Shown here one piece after another: positions 1-12,002 of a DNA stretch of 64,000 nucleotides. This DNA is from Albugo candida (Eukaryota), in NCBI GenBank assembly GCA_040437565.1, contig JBDOQK010000021.1, positions 434,001 through 498,000 on the forward strand, written 5' to 3'. The notes beneath the pieces were generated by a model. That model saw only the letters and a program-made list of their open reading frames with translations, was not told the DNA's origin and searched no databases. Made by a program: the position numbers and the translations under genes. How positions within the stretch are numbered: position 1 is the first letter of the stretch; each line of letters starts with the position of its first letter.

Positions 1-866
1 CAGACTCAGTTCACACAGACAGCAATGCTTTAGTAGCTACTGTATGAAGCTGTAAGCATGATATGAAGATAATATATTACATTTGTACTCAAACCCCAAA
101 CCCTAAACCCTAATTTGCCTACTGATGGCGGCCAGATTTAACGCTTTGATAGGAAATACTAGCTATCTAGAAGAACAAGGCAACTTTTAGAGCCTTATAA
201 ATTATCCAAAAATCATCCAATCTGAAATCCAAGCCTTTTGTTTTGAAGCGCTAGACTGTATCTATCATATAAAATCTCTGGTTTTGTTATGCGATAATTT
301 ATGCTTGAAGAGTAGTGAATTTACTAAGGCCTAAAAAGTTACAAGTTATAGGTGACGTGTACTGTATTCACTCACCACGCTCAATTTTATTGGCTTAAAT
401 TCATCAATAATCATCACTCAATTCAACTACACCTCGCCACACCCGCACTATAAATTAAATTCAACATATTTACCTTGTACACTTAGCACATAACCATAGA
501 ATTTGCTTTGATATGTATATTACAAATTGTGCTTTTATTTAGGACGTTAAGTCTGCAATTATAAACACAACGTTTAGGAAATTATGAAAAAGCTATTCTT
601 AAAATTAAAAAATAACAATCTTAGCTTTTTTCAGTGAGTACTCGCGATATAAGAGATTGGCTGATTGATCTAGAAAGCTGAGAATCTGGATTTTTTTCTT
701 TCGAGTGAATCGAATGGTACTTAGTCGAGTGAATTGTGGTTGTGAGTTGAGTGGTAGTAGTTGTTACAAGTAAGTGAATACTGTATTGATTTCGGTCTAA
801 AGTCAAATTGAGTGAATATTAGCCAATGAAGTGTGGGGGTGGGGTGAGTGAATACTAACGGCTCCC
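1..866 (+). mobile_element. 3' end of an IS630-Tc1-mariner-type DNA transposon (second copy of the 33.2-35.2 kb family); its right TIR is split by a MITE
   Basis: 1-366 aligns with the reverse complement of about 33240-33600 (e.g. AAAAGTTACAAGTTATAGGTG vs CACCTATAACTTGTAACTTTT). The TIR remainder TAACGGCTCCC resumes at 856-866, followed by TA. Confidence 0.75.
364..855. mobile_element. MITE-like element, about 490 bp
   Basis: Perfect 13-bp inverted termini GTATTCACTCACC (364-376) and GGTGAGTGAATAC (843-855), imperfectly extendable to about 40 bp; AT-rich non-coding interior. Confidence 0.6.
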
Positions 867-3800
867 TAGAGAAATCGCCCGGTTCCATCAAGCTCGGTTT
901 TTCGGTAATGTGGTCAAAATCGATTTCTTATAAGATAAATCAACAAATTCATTGTCTTCCAACATGTGTCAACAATATGTGGTAAAGTCGCCCAATTCCG
1001 TTCGAGTAGTTCGCGGGCATTTTAAAGCTGAAATTTCCCTTTACATGCGGTAATTGCTCCGCAACCTCCTTGCTTCAACTCTGCTCAATTTGTCGGTCAG
1101 GTACGGAAAAGAATGTTTCACTTATTGTATCTACGCATTTAAATAATTAATCAAAGAGATGATCATAGAACGGCAATTTCTACCTTTTGCAGTAACTTGC
1201 AAATGCGAAGATGTATTTTGCGAAGAATGAAAAGGATGTATAAACTCAGGGTTTCAACATGAATTTGCGAAAGAGGAGAAGTATTCTCCATCCATCCCTT
1301 CTTTGTAGCGTGGAAAAATTCAGTCAGAGCTTCCGGTGAGAGATCGTCACATTTGTAAAGGCCGTCGAGCGGTACCGCATCAAACAGCAATAGTCCCATT
1401 GAAACCCATTATTTGAAGGCGCACTTTGAAATGGAGTGTATTTGTGCTCAATGATACTGAGCGGATGGTTCTTTTGCAGTCCTCCCGACTCATTGCATCT
1501 GAGCGTCGTCTCTTATGCATATCACTGCCATTCACGCGTCTTACCGGCGAATGTAAAAAGATATCATATCGACGCTGATGCAAGTTTTTTTGATTTATCA
1601 CAAAAATAAAGGTCGAAGTTCTACTTTCATTGACGATCATTCGCCTGCTCTTGCTTGTGTATGACAGTTTAGCATGAAGCTCATTGATCTATAAACAATG
1701 CAATAGCTATTTTATACGTTACCTGCTTTTTGGTGTACTTCCAACGTACTAGCGGGATGTCTTCTCCATATCTACATGAAAGAATCATACCATCACCTCG
1801 GTCAATGGATCGATCAATCCAATAAGATACTGACTCATTCTCTGATGTAAACCGACTCGTAAGTCTCACTCCCTACATGGTTGTGTTTACGATTTGATGG
1901 CTCGTATGACATGGAAAGCACTTACGCGTCCATTGCAGCATACTAAATTCGTGCGGATAAAGTAGTCGTTGAATAACTCCTTTTCATCATTTGCAATACT
2001 TGCGTAATAAGCTTAATCTTCGCCTTTGGTGCCTAAAATTGTTCCCAAGATCACTATATCGTGGTTGATATCTATCACTATGTGAGTGTGAATTCCCGCA
2101 AAGCAAGCCGCTATATAAACCCAAGTGTCTTCATTTCAGGCTTAGAGTCCAAATATGAGCTAAATCCTCGCATTCAATCTTCGAAATTCAGACTTTTGTC
2201 GGCACCGACTTTTATTAATTATGATCCTTTGCACCGGTTCCTTTTTCTCGTCAAAACGTTCTGCACCTTGCTGACGTATAATTATCTTGGGACTACAAAG
2301 TACAGAAGCAAATTAATNNNNNNNNNNNNNNNNNNNNNNNNNNNNNNNNNNNNNNNNNNNNNNNNNNNNNNNNNNNNNNNNNNNNNNNNNNNNNNNNNNN
2401 NNNNNNNNNNNNNNNNNCAAAGCAAGCCGCTATATAAACCCAAGTGTCTTCATTTCAGGCTTAGAGTCCAAATATGAGCTAAATCCTCGCATTCAATCTT
2501 CGAAATTCAGACTTTTGTCGGCACCGACTTTTATTAATTATGATCCTTTGCACCGGTTCCTTTTTCTCGTCAAAACGTTCTGCACCTTGCTGACGTATAA
2601 TTATCTTGGGACTACAAAGTACAGAAGCAAATTAATAGAAGGATCGTTGATCATTCCAAAGATTGATAGATTTTGCGTCTTCTTTATTTGGAGCCTCTTG
2701 AATACTTCAAGCATCCCAAATTCAAGATCGGCAGTGACCGGATAATGTCAAATTCTATTATCACTGGATAAGGCGATATCGAGCTTTCCATATTTTTGAG
2801 ATGGTTGTAAAATCACTGCAATCATGAGAAGGATTCAATCACATTTCATCCAGTTTAACATTCCTAATGATGTCGTGTAAGTAACAATACTTATGGGTTA
2901 TAAACTATACCCCATTTCATGATACCATTTAGAAACTCAGCATGATTGACGTGCCCGGTAGGATCCCGACTCCATAAATTTTGACCTCGTTGTTGTTAAC
3001 ATTCGATGATGAAAAGATTAGAAGATATTTGGATATTTGAGATCGGACAATACAGAGAGTGTCTGATNNNNNNNNNNNNNNNNNNNNNNNNNNNNNNNNN
3101 NNNNNNNNNNNNNNNNNNNNNNNNNNNNNNNNNNNNNNNNNNNNNNNNNNNNNNNNNNNNNNNNNNNAATGTCAAATTCTATTATCACTGGATAAGGCGA
3201 TATCGAGCTTTCCATATTTTTGAGATGGTTGTAAAATCACTGCAATCATGAGAAGGATTCAATCACATTTCATCCAGTTTAACATTCCTAATGATGTCGT
3301 GTAAGTAACAATACTTATGGGTTATAAACTATACCCCATTTCATGATACCATTTAGAAACTCAGCATGATTGACGTGCCCGGTAGGATCCCGACTCCATA
3401 AATTTTGACCTCGTTGTTGTTAACATTCGATGATGAAAAGATTAGAAGATATTTGGATATTTGAGATCGGACAATACAGAGAGTGTCTGATGTTTTAGAT
3501 ATGCAGCTTATAAAAGGAAGTCATTCAATTCAACATGCGATTTCTCAAGTTTTGTTTGAAGCCTTAGCGTCACATCCGGGCTGCTGTGGTGCGTTAATGT
3601 TTTCGGGCTGTTGATACTTGGCATTGAATTCTTTTAAAGAGACGCACAAGAAATGGCACACGAAGAACATGCTGCCCGAGGAGCATATTCCGGGCTCCCG
3701 TTACACTTTTTACGTTGCTCTCTTCTACAACCTTTCGCTGTGTACTACACTTCACTGGCTCCCGATCTTGCACCAAAATACATCTTCAGCTTACCGCCGC

Positions 3801-4762
3801 TTTAATTCTTAGTTGCGCTTCACAACAATCTCTTTAGCCCTTCGCCTTCGATTTCCTTGCTAAAGGATCGAAGCTCAGTCTGCAAATAAGAGCGACGAAC
3901 GTTCTTAGAATCGAACGAGCTCATCTTAAACTCTCAGAATCGGAAAAGAATCCAAATGGTGTTTTACGTTTCCTGACCCCACGATCAGCTTCTCGTAAAG
4001 TGCAAAAGCGTTTCTCACTGCTTCATTTCAAGACGCTTCCAGAATATCACCAAGGTAAAATGGAAAAAGACATCAGCACATTGATATTGCCGTCAACAGT
4101 CTCACTTTCATTTTGGCCGTCATATGTTTATCGACTTCAAAAGTCGATAGATTGAACGGATGAAATCGTCTGCGCTTCTTTTATTCCCATTTATTTCTCG
4201 GTTTGTTGGTATTGAATCGCTTCTATTCGGCTTTCTATTGTGCTGAAGTCAAAATGATGCGCGCGATTCACTTCACTACATAGAGTAATGATTCTCATAA
4301 GGGCAATTAGATTGCCCAAATTGTCGTGAACATAACACGGCGGGTGCAAGCTTCGGTATAAATAGCACAGGTAAAATACAGCATGAGTAGCGATGATTGA
4401 TGGTCGATATGCCATTTTCAAGTGATGCAAATAACTGAAACTTATCCTTACGTATGGCTAATTTAATTCATCCAAGAAGATGAGACAGATATACAAAGAA
4501 CTCACTGCACATCTCTCGAACGTGTACGGTGATGCATGATAAGCAGATTGGTCAATAGGGGACAAGATCATGTAAAGCAGCCTTCTGCATTTTCGGATCT
4601 AGCGTCACGTTTTAGCTGGACAACCAGAGACTCGTATCTGCGAATTAGAGAGTAGTTGAGTAAGATGTAGCATCTCAGGCTATAGACCGTAAGAGAGAAT
4701 CTTGAAGCAAGCAACAAAAAATTAGTTTCTTTTGATTATTTTTGCAGGATTAAACCGCGAAA

Positions 4763-5996
4763 TCAAGCAGACGAAGAAATGCCATGGTGAAAGGTTTCTG
4801 GGTGGAAAAGACTGGACTTTCGTAACACGACATTCTGAGTTTTTACAAATGCGGCACCAATGACCCAAAAGCTCTTGTTTGAGTTGGGTTGAACAACCAG
4901 ATAGCACCTACCGTCGTCGGTGTTTCGCATACAATAATTTGTATACGAAAGTGTGAAGGCCATCTTATTATCAGATGAGAATGTGAATGTTGGAAGATTC
5001 AGATTGTCAATCTGACCACAAACAATCGAATCACTTGATGCCCCATTTCGCTTTCTCATCAAAGACCGTAGAAGAATGTCATAAGCCCATTTTGGAAACA
5101 TGCTGTGAATTCTTGAGAAGTTGAAATCGGCTATTCCATTTTTAAAAGTTCCATCGCCTACTTTGATATCCACCGACATCATACGGATTATTTTACTGCG
5201 CGTGCCAATTGGTTCTTGATAATACCTGATCGGATTAAGATTCGATAGACCCTTTTTCGTAGTATTGTAAAGCTTTGGCCGGTTCAGTGTGTTATCCCAT
5301 GTCAAAACAATAACTCGATCTGGATTTTGTTCCAAGTCCGTTATGAGCATTTGAACGGTANNNNNNNNNNNNNNNNNNNNNNNNNNNNNNNNNNNNNNNN
5401 NNNNNNNNNNNNNNNNNNNNNNNNNNNNNNNNNNNNNNNNNNNNNNNNNNNNNNNNNNNNACCGTAGAAGAATGTCATAAGCCCATTTTGGAAACATGCT
5501 GTGAATTCTTGAGAAGTTGAAATCGGCTATTCCATTTTTAAAAGTTCCATCGCCTACTTTGATATCCACCGACATCATACGGATTATTTTACTGCGCGTG
5601 CCAATTGGTTCTTGATAATACCTGATCGGATTAAGATTCGATAGACCCTTTTTCGTAGTATTGTAAAGCTTTGGCCGGTTCAGTGTGTTATCCCATGTCA
5701 AAACAATAACTCGATCTGGATTTTGTTCCAAGTCCGTTATGAGCATTTGAACGGTACACATTTGGTAATGGAATTCATCTCCTTCCCTTCCAGAGATAGC
5801 TAGCAATTCCAATCGTTTAACGTCTTCCAGAGTCAACGAGAGTAAAGTCTCTCCCGTTAGTAGATTCCTTTATCTGTGGTATCGTTACCGTAAATAAGTC
5901 TGGATTGCGGATAGACGTGACCGAAAGAGGAATCTCGAACGCGTTCGAGTGATGGATTACCCAGTAGAGCCAAACTTTTATTTTTGCAACGTACAT
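4763..5996 (-). pseudogene. Disrupted or degenerate secreted pepsin-like (A1) aspartic protease homologue
   Basis: ATG at 5996 gives MYVAKIKVWLYWVIHHSNA-FEIPL (signal-peptide-like), then LVDSG (first catalytic motif) followed by a stop and frame change near 5820. The downstream frame has GIADFNFSRI (degenerate second DSG motif), LPTFTFS, and CYLVV..FWVIGAAFVK (pepsin C-terminal motif). The internal repeat 5065-5360/5461-5756 is a gap artefact. Confidence 0.65.
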
Positions 5997-8900
5997 TGTC
6001 CTAGCTGGTGAATTTGACAATGAATGCCAGCGTACGGCTCCGCTAGACCATACAGTGTAAGCGTGGGACAAAAAGCTTTTGGCAGCTGCATATCAGAATA
6101 TCGGGAAAGTATGCATAGCAGCTGTACTACGATAAAATCGAAATCGAAAGCGGATAAGGTCAAGGTACGATAAATTTGTTGTGCAATAAACTTGGGCGCT
6201 GTATTTTTGAAGCAGTCAATTTTTGCATTTACTTCCGCAACGAATGAACGGTGGACATATCTATATTACTGTCGACTTCAAGAAAATTATGCAGATGGAT
6301 GGAGCGTCAGCGTTGCGGTTAGTAAAGCAGTTCCTGCAAAGATTTGACATAGTTTGAAGTCGTGCTAGAATATATACGAAAGGGGTAAAACACATTCTTA
6401 TGAAATATAGAACGAAGCCAGATAGATGGACCGTAATGGGGCTCTAAACCTTCTGTAAAACAAGATATTTCTATATATCTTCCTGCTATTGTTCTCCTTC
6501 TGGTTCTATAACGTAAGAGATTCATATTTTCCACATTTCACTAAGAAACTTTTGGTTGATTTGAAAAATGGAAAGTTTTCAAGTTGATTCGAGCGCATCC
6601 ACAAATATTTGGCGCGAAAGGGCTGGTCCTGATACATGTTTATGCTCTCTTTCCCTTCAATTCTTCAGTTTTACTTGTTCGTGCGCATGCAACGAGAAGC
6701 AGATTTTGATCCGGAATTATGAAGGTTCGTTAATCGGAATAATATGCAAGTGAATTGCTAATCAAACCGATCGAATCGATTTTCTCTTTCTCGTCACATT
6801 TTGTTGGCAACGCGACTTCTATTTGCTGCAGGTGGAAAATTGTGGTTCGGGTCGAAGACTAGGATATAATACCATACAAGACGAGTCGTGAGAGATGCTC
6901 CAATCTGTTGCAAGGTCCGCAGTTTGTGAATTATGTCGCCCGATCGGACTGAAATACAAATCATTTCCGTGTGAAAAAGTTTCCACCAAAAATCGTATAC
7001 AATGACATCCTAATGAACAGATTCTGGTGGTATCGATAGCTCTCGATCTCTAAATCTGCAATCTTCTTCGATATCTGAGCCTGATGCAGCATATAACAAG
7101 GATGTTTTCTATGTATGCGAGACACACATACGGAACAGTTAATGGAAAGATAAGAGGCAGGCTTTAGATTGGTTTCTTTGATCAATAAAGTGAAGCCATA
7201 ACGATTAGATAAAAATTAGCAGCAAATGTCGTTGTTTAATAGAATCAGCAAAAGTAGCGTAGGGCGTATCAAAATTCTACAAGCTAATGATGTGGAGTTG
7301 GACATTCTTAGTCAAGTTGGGTCACATAAGCCCAACCATTCGAAGCAAAGCAATACGGAAAAGAAGCTTAATGGACTAATATCTAGCAGGATTGTAGCCA
7401 GACGCTCTGAATGTTTTAGAATTTTTTTCGTCCCGTCGTCATTTGCAAATTGTTATCATCTCATTTAATTTCGATGTAGCCATGAATATTCGAGAACGAT
7501 ACTCACTGACTTGATTTACATGTGTGTCTTGTTCAACTTTGTAGTATTTTCACTAGGCTCATCACTGCTTGTAGCCTCTGAATTTGTATGACATCTATCA
7601 TTTGTCCGAAACGCACCCTCCTAAGAATTCTTTCGTTTGAATCATCACAAATTCATTTTCCTTGTTGCAGTAGTACGTGGAATACTGAAATCTTTGTACC
7701 ACAAGCCCGATTTTCAACGAGCTTGGACTAGTGGAAGCCTTGATCTTGCTTTCTTCGACTCCTAGCTCATGATGTTATAGATCTAATAGCAATATTGAGG
7801 TGTGATGGGTGACTCTTTCATGTCGGTAAAAGAGTGGCATGCCATCGTAGAATGATTGGAGACGCGCAAGGATTGCAAGGTGTAGATAGTGTCATCAAAT
7901 TTTTCAATACATCAATGAGGGACGAAGTACACTAGCCACCAGAAAGTTAACCTTCAAAAGCAAGCGATGTTTCAGCATCACAAGTGTTTTTTTTTATTGT
8001 GTCTTATCTGATGCATACTTCCTCCAAAGGCGTCAGATTCTCCGCAGAAGCATTATCCACTCTGCCTGTATCGGTTCGGCTTTTGCGGAATTGCACTCAG
8101 TGTGGAGCGTTAATCGTCATATCGCAGTGTGCAAGTATATGTATGCAGTTTGGTCTCATCGATAGATTTACGGGGAGCAGTTGCCGAATGGATCCACTTC
8201 CACGGTAAAGGCCATGCTAAGCGGTATATAGTTCACGACCGGTGGCCATGTAAGCTGCATTGACACATCCGGCAACTATCACATCAGATTGACGCACATG
8301 CTCCCGAACATCTTGCACGCTTCTCAACTATTTCGTGAAGATCTAAATTGCTTACTGTGTTGTCGATAGGCCTTTACGTCATTACTTTGATGCATTCCTA
8401 GCCATACTAGAGCAATGTACCTGATCCTTGCATCCGATACAAGTTTGTCGTTCATCCTTACCCATCTGACTGATATTCATCTTCACAAACTCTGTCGCTC
8501 GTCTCAAAGTACCAGTCATTTCGCCGTCCTAAAAAAGCCAACACCGCTACAAAAATTTATAGCGGAAGAGGGTGCATCAGGTAAAAGACCTGTGAAAATT
8601 AACGTCGGGATTGTGACCGGTCGAAAACAGTTTGATTGAAGTCGGCTCGTAATGGGATTTCTTAGACTTTCGACAGGCATGCCTTCGTGCACGATATGAT
8701 TCTGTACAGCGGTATCACATCCATTTCCATTCGGTCCGTTGCATAATATATCGCATCGAGCATAAGTAACGAAATTGCGGCGCTTAACGATGAAATCAGT
8801 GTAAGCAATCGACGCGGAAAAGGACGTTTTCGAATCTTCAACACACCTCTTTCAGTTTGGCGTCATGCTCAGAAAACTCATCTGCGTCCGATTTCCCCGA

Positions 8901-9153
8901 CTGCATCTTCTCACGACTTAGCATGACCACATCACTTATATTCAACGCTGAAAACCAGAATGTTTACAATTCTCTCTTCCATTGGGAGTGATGGTCCCGT
9001 GTCGACGAGATTAGCGCATGAGGATACATTGAGTCACTTTTTAGTGACGAACTTGTGTACTGTCTAATTTCTACTTTGACCTGCTGCGAAGCCAATTGAA
9101 AGGTTACTTTCAGATATTAATACTGATGAAAGAAAAGCGATACGAACCTCAGA

Positions 9154-9585
9154 TGTGCGGGAAGTGGATGCAGCGGATGTAGTGTCGGGAGGGAAAGCAG
9201 GGAATCGGACTCCCTACTTTGGAGTGGGATTGGGTGAAAATAGGCCAATTACACGTATAGATCAATTAACGAGCGACAGTGGAACAGGAAGATTGGTTGA
9301 AAAGGGACGTAAGGAGCAGGGTCGGCTTCACAAGGGTGAGGTGTAAGCCCTTGGAAACCAGATCGAATCAATTACGCAGCAAGCTGCGCAATAATTCAAT
9401 CGTCATTAAAAATAAATGTGAAAATAAATCTGACTTAATAGTCAGAAATCAGTTTTCACACTGATTAGAACANNNNNNNNNNNNNNNNNNNNNNNNNNNN
9501 NNNNNNNNNNNNNNNNNNNNNNNNNNNNNNNNNNNNNNNNNNNNNNNNNNNNNNNNNNNNNNNNNNNNNNNNGGTTATGAATCCT
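9154..9585 (+). mobile_element. Putative Copia-type LTR with PBS-like sequence after the gap
   Basis: TG at 9154 and AACA at 9472, then the N gap, then GGTTATGAATCC resembling the Copia PBS GGTTATG(G/A)GCCC. The left boundary is uncertain. Confidence 0.3.
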
Positions 9586-10449
9586 TGCAGTAAATTACGG
9601 CTGTGTTCGATTTCATTCAATACCAATGTTAATTTTCACATAGAGCCGATAACCAATTTACGGGAAAATGAAGCATTCGCGGTAATAACATCACAACACA
9701 CATAACGCAATTGAATTTAGAAGCAGCAGTAGAGAATGCCGGCTGAATCAATTTACAGCTAATGGAATAACTTTCTAGGAAAGATTGGTTGCTAGTCTCA
9801 CTATATCCAAATGGATTTCTCACCAAGTTGGCGCACATGTCAAGCTTAGTGTCGTGAAGTCATTGTGCTGTCCGTAGATGGAGACCAACAACGATACAAG
9901 AAGCGATGCATACGCAACGTGTAAGCTTCAGCTGGTTAATGATCAGTCAGGAATGTTTGCTTCGATGCATTGACAACAAAAGCACCAGCTTCGTTCATGA
10001 GAGTACAGTAAACTGCAGAACGTTAGCACATGCATGCAAATAGAGTCGCAAGTGACACATTGTGAACGGTATCAAGTAGACCGTCACTCGCCGCATCTCA
10101 ACACATTTGGTTCAACGCACAAGACACGCACATATTTGTTGAATAAACGAACGTATCACAGTACATTATTTTCTTTTTCACCAAACTATCGAAAATTCGT
10201 GCTGCGTTATCCACGGCGCCAAAAGGAATATACTGGAGAATTTGTATTAATCAGATGCCTCGTGCTTTGCTCCTGTACCAAAACCTAATTTTCTTCGATG
10301 TACTCATCGTTCCAATCCCCAGTAACAACAAGAGACTGGATTACGTAGCTCACCGATAACTGTCGAAGAAACCGGTCATACGGGAAATGCGATCCATATG
10401 TCACTTTTCCCTCACAACTGCTACATTTCAAGCGGGGTAAGTAAAGCAC

Positions 10450-11362
10450 CAACCACAGATGTTTCTTTTCATGAGAGACGAGAACAACTTTGTGATTGGG
10501 CGCAAGACAGATGAAGCACTTCTGGAAAGCCATTATATCTGATGCGTCTTGCGTTTTTTGTGAAGTCCACTTGGCAACTACCACAACTGGAGCAGACGTT
10601 GAGCTTGGAGGACGATTCAGATCGACATCCTAAATTTTGCCGTACTCGGAGTCGCAAATAGTGTCGTCAAAAAATCGAAATCTTCACAATTTGATGATGG
10701 TTTGATTGCGCACTACAAACTTTCGAGACCTTCTTGGTTTGCATTTGAAGAGATCAGACACTGGAGTGGCGAAATATGTTGCATTTTTGAATATCTCGTT
10801 CAGGAATGGTGACTACCAAGAAGCAGCTAGGACCACAATTGAAGTTGTCGTCTGTGTGCTGTCAAGCATCTTGGCGTTCCAAAGCCGCAACCATAGAGTG
10901 CAGCAACTGTGCATGCTGATCGGACGTCGTCGGGGTGGATATTATTGCCTTACATCCACGATTAATTGAATGTAGGTGGTTGATCTGGGGTATTGGGTAC
11001 TTCTCTTGATAACCTTTGGTCCGGGTTTTGAAAATTTTTCGATCGGTCGTTGGCGGGCGGGTACGACTTTGTTTCCCAGCGGTTCAAAATAAGACTAAGA
11101 CGGATTCGCTTTTGACAGGCGACGGCGGTGCTGACGAAGGCGGTTCTGCAAGGAAAGCGCGAACGTCGAGAACCAGCAAATGCCACCAGATGTGAAGACT
11201 TGTGCTTCACTAGGTATAGTTGTACTTAAGAGATTTAGGTCCGTACTTCGCTACCCTGTGTAAGCGTATCCGTCTAGATCCATCTATAAGTTTCATAATG
11301 GCGACATCAACTGACGTCAGACTGTGACGTCAGAATATGCATCTACCTGTGTAACCCTAACA
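10450..11362 (-). mobile_element. Truncated Gypsy/Ty3 element: LTR 10971-11362 plus gag remnant
   Basis: TG...CA LTR homologous to 42300-42868. The minus-strand translation TPTTSDQHAQLLHSMV matches the gag start TPMTSDQHAQLL*SMV at 42.27 kb. Zinc-knuckle remnant CFICLAPNH near 10500. Confidence 0.75.
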
Positions 11363-11370
11363 GACCCGGG

Positions 11371-11579
11371 TGTTGAAAGTGGAACATGTTGAAGAAATGA
11401 TGACGAAGCCATATGGAAATGCGTGGACTACTTAAAATTTTTGTATTGTAGCGAGGTGTTTCGTATTTAGCTGAAGAATAATAATAAATCAATATACCAC
11501 TTTTCTGTTGGAAACTAAAGATCGTGTTCTAGTTCGCTTCCCTGTGTCGTGTCTGTCGTAACGGCAACAGGGTTTAACA
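11371..11579. mobile_element. Solo LTR (209 bp)
   Basis: Termini TGTTGAA...TTTAACA. Flanks CCGGG (11366-11370) and CCGTG (11580-11584) form a 5-bp TSD with one mismatch. Internal AATAAA. Confidence 0.7.
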
Positions 11580-11963
11580 CCGTGTACGTGTATCATGACA
11601 GAGAATGTGCCCGGCGGCCTGACAAATTTATATAGAAATTCAAATGTGCAATAAGGCGTGGGCTAAAACGTTTAAATAGATTCCGATTGCTTCCAGCAAC
11701 GAAAAATCTGGTCGCTTTCCATGACGTCATATTCTTACCTTATTGAATGGCACTCCTTACAGTTCAGCAACGTATGCTTGCATGAGGGAATAGCAACTAG
11801 CCATAAAATTTTATTGAGCATACTTTCATCTAACAACATGCTAATATCAGAGATTTTAGGCAAGATTCTGTTTATGAACGAGACCTATATTGCGCTCCCT
11901 CGGTTTTCCTATGATGTAACGTTTTCAAATCCTTCAGAAGCATTTTCGAATTTGTTCAGTTAT

Positions 11964-12002
11964 TTTTCTACTTTTTCTACTTTTGCTACTTTTGCTACTT
12001 TT
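11964..12002. repeat. Short 9-bp tandem repeat (TTTT(T/G)CTAC) x4
   Basis: Directly visible: ttttctac tttttctac ttttgctac ttttgctac. Confidence 0.8.

Noticed and set aside
91-113. Telomere-like (CCCTAAA)n
   Set aside because: Only about three imperfect units. It lies inside the transposon 3' region, and a related GTTTAGGGTTT is at the homologous position near 33498, so it is not a chromosome end.
1330-1480. HPLSII and DDLSP resembling mitochondrial PheRS
   Set aside because: Two very short matches in different frames with no continuation.
4763-5836. 357-aa ORF with an apparent internal domain duplication
   Set aside because: The repeat is the gap-flanking duplicate; 296+100 nt happens to preserve the frame.
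8250-8320. DVREHVRQSDVIVAG resembling FolD
   Set aside because: An isolated 15-aa resemblance with no flanking motifs.
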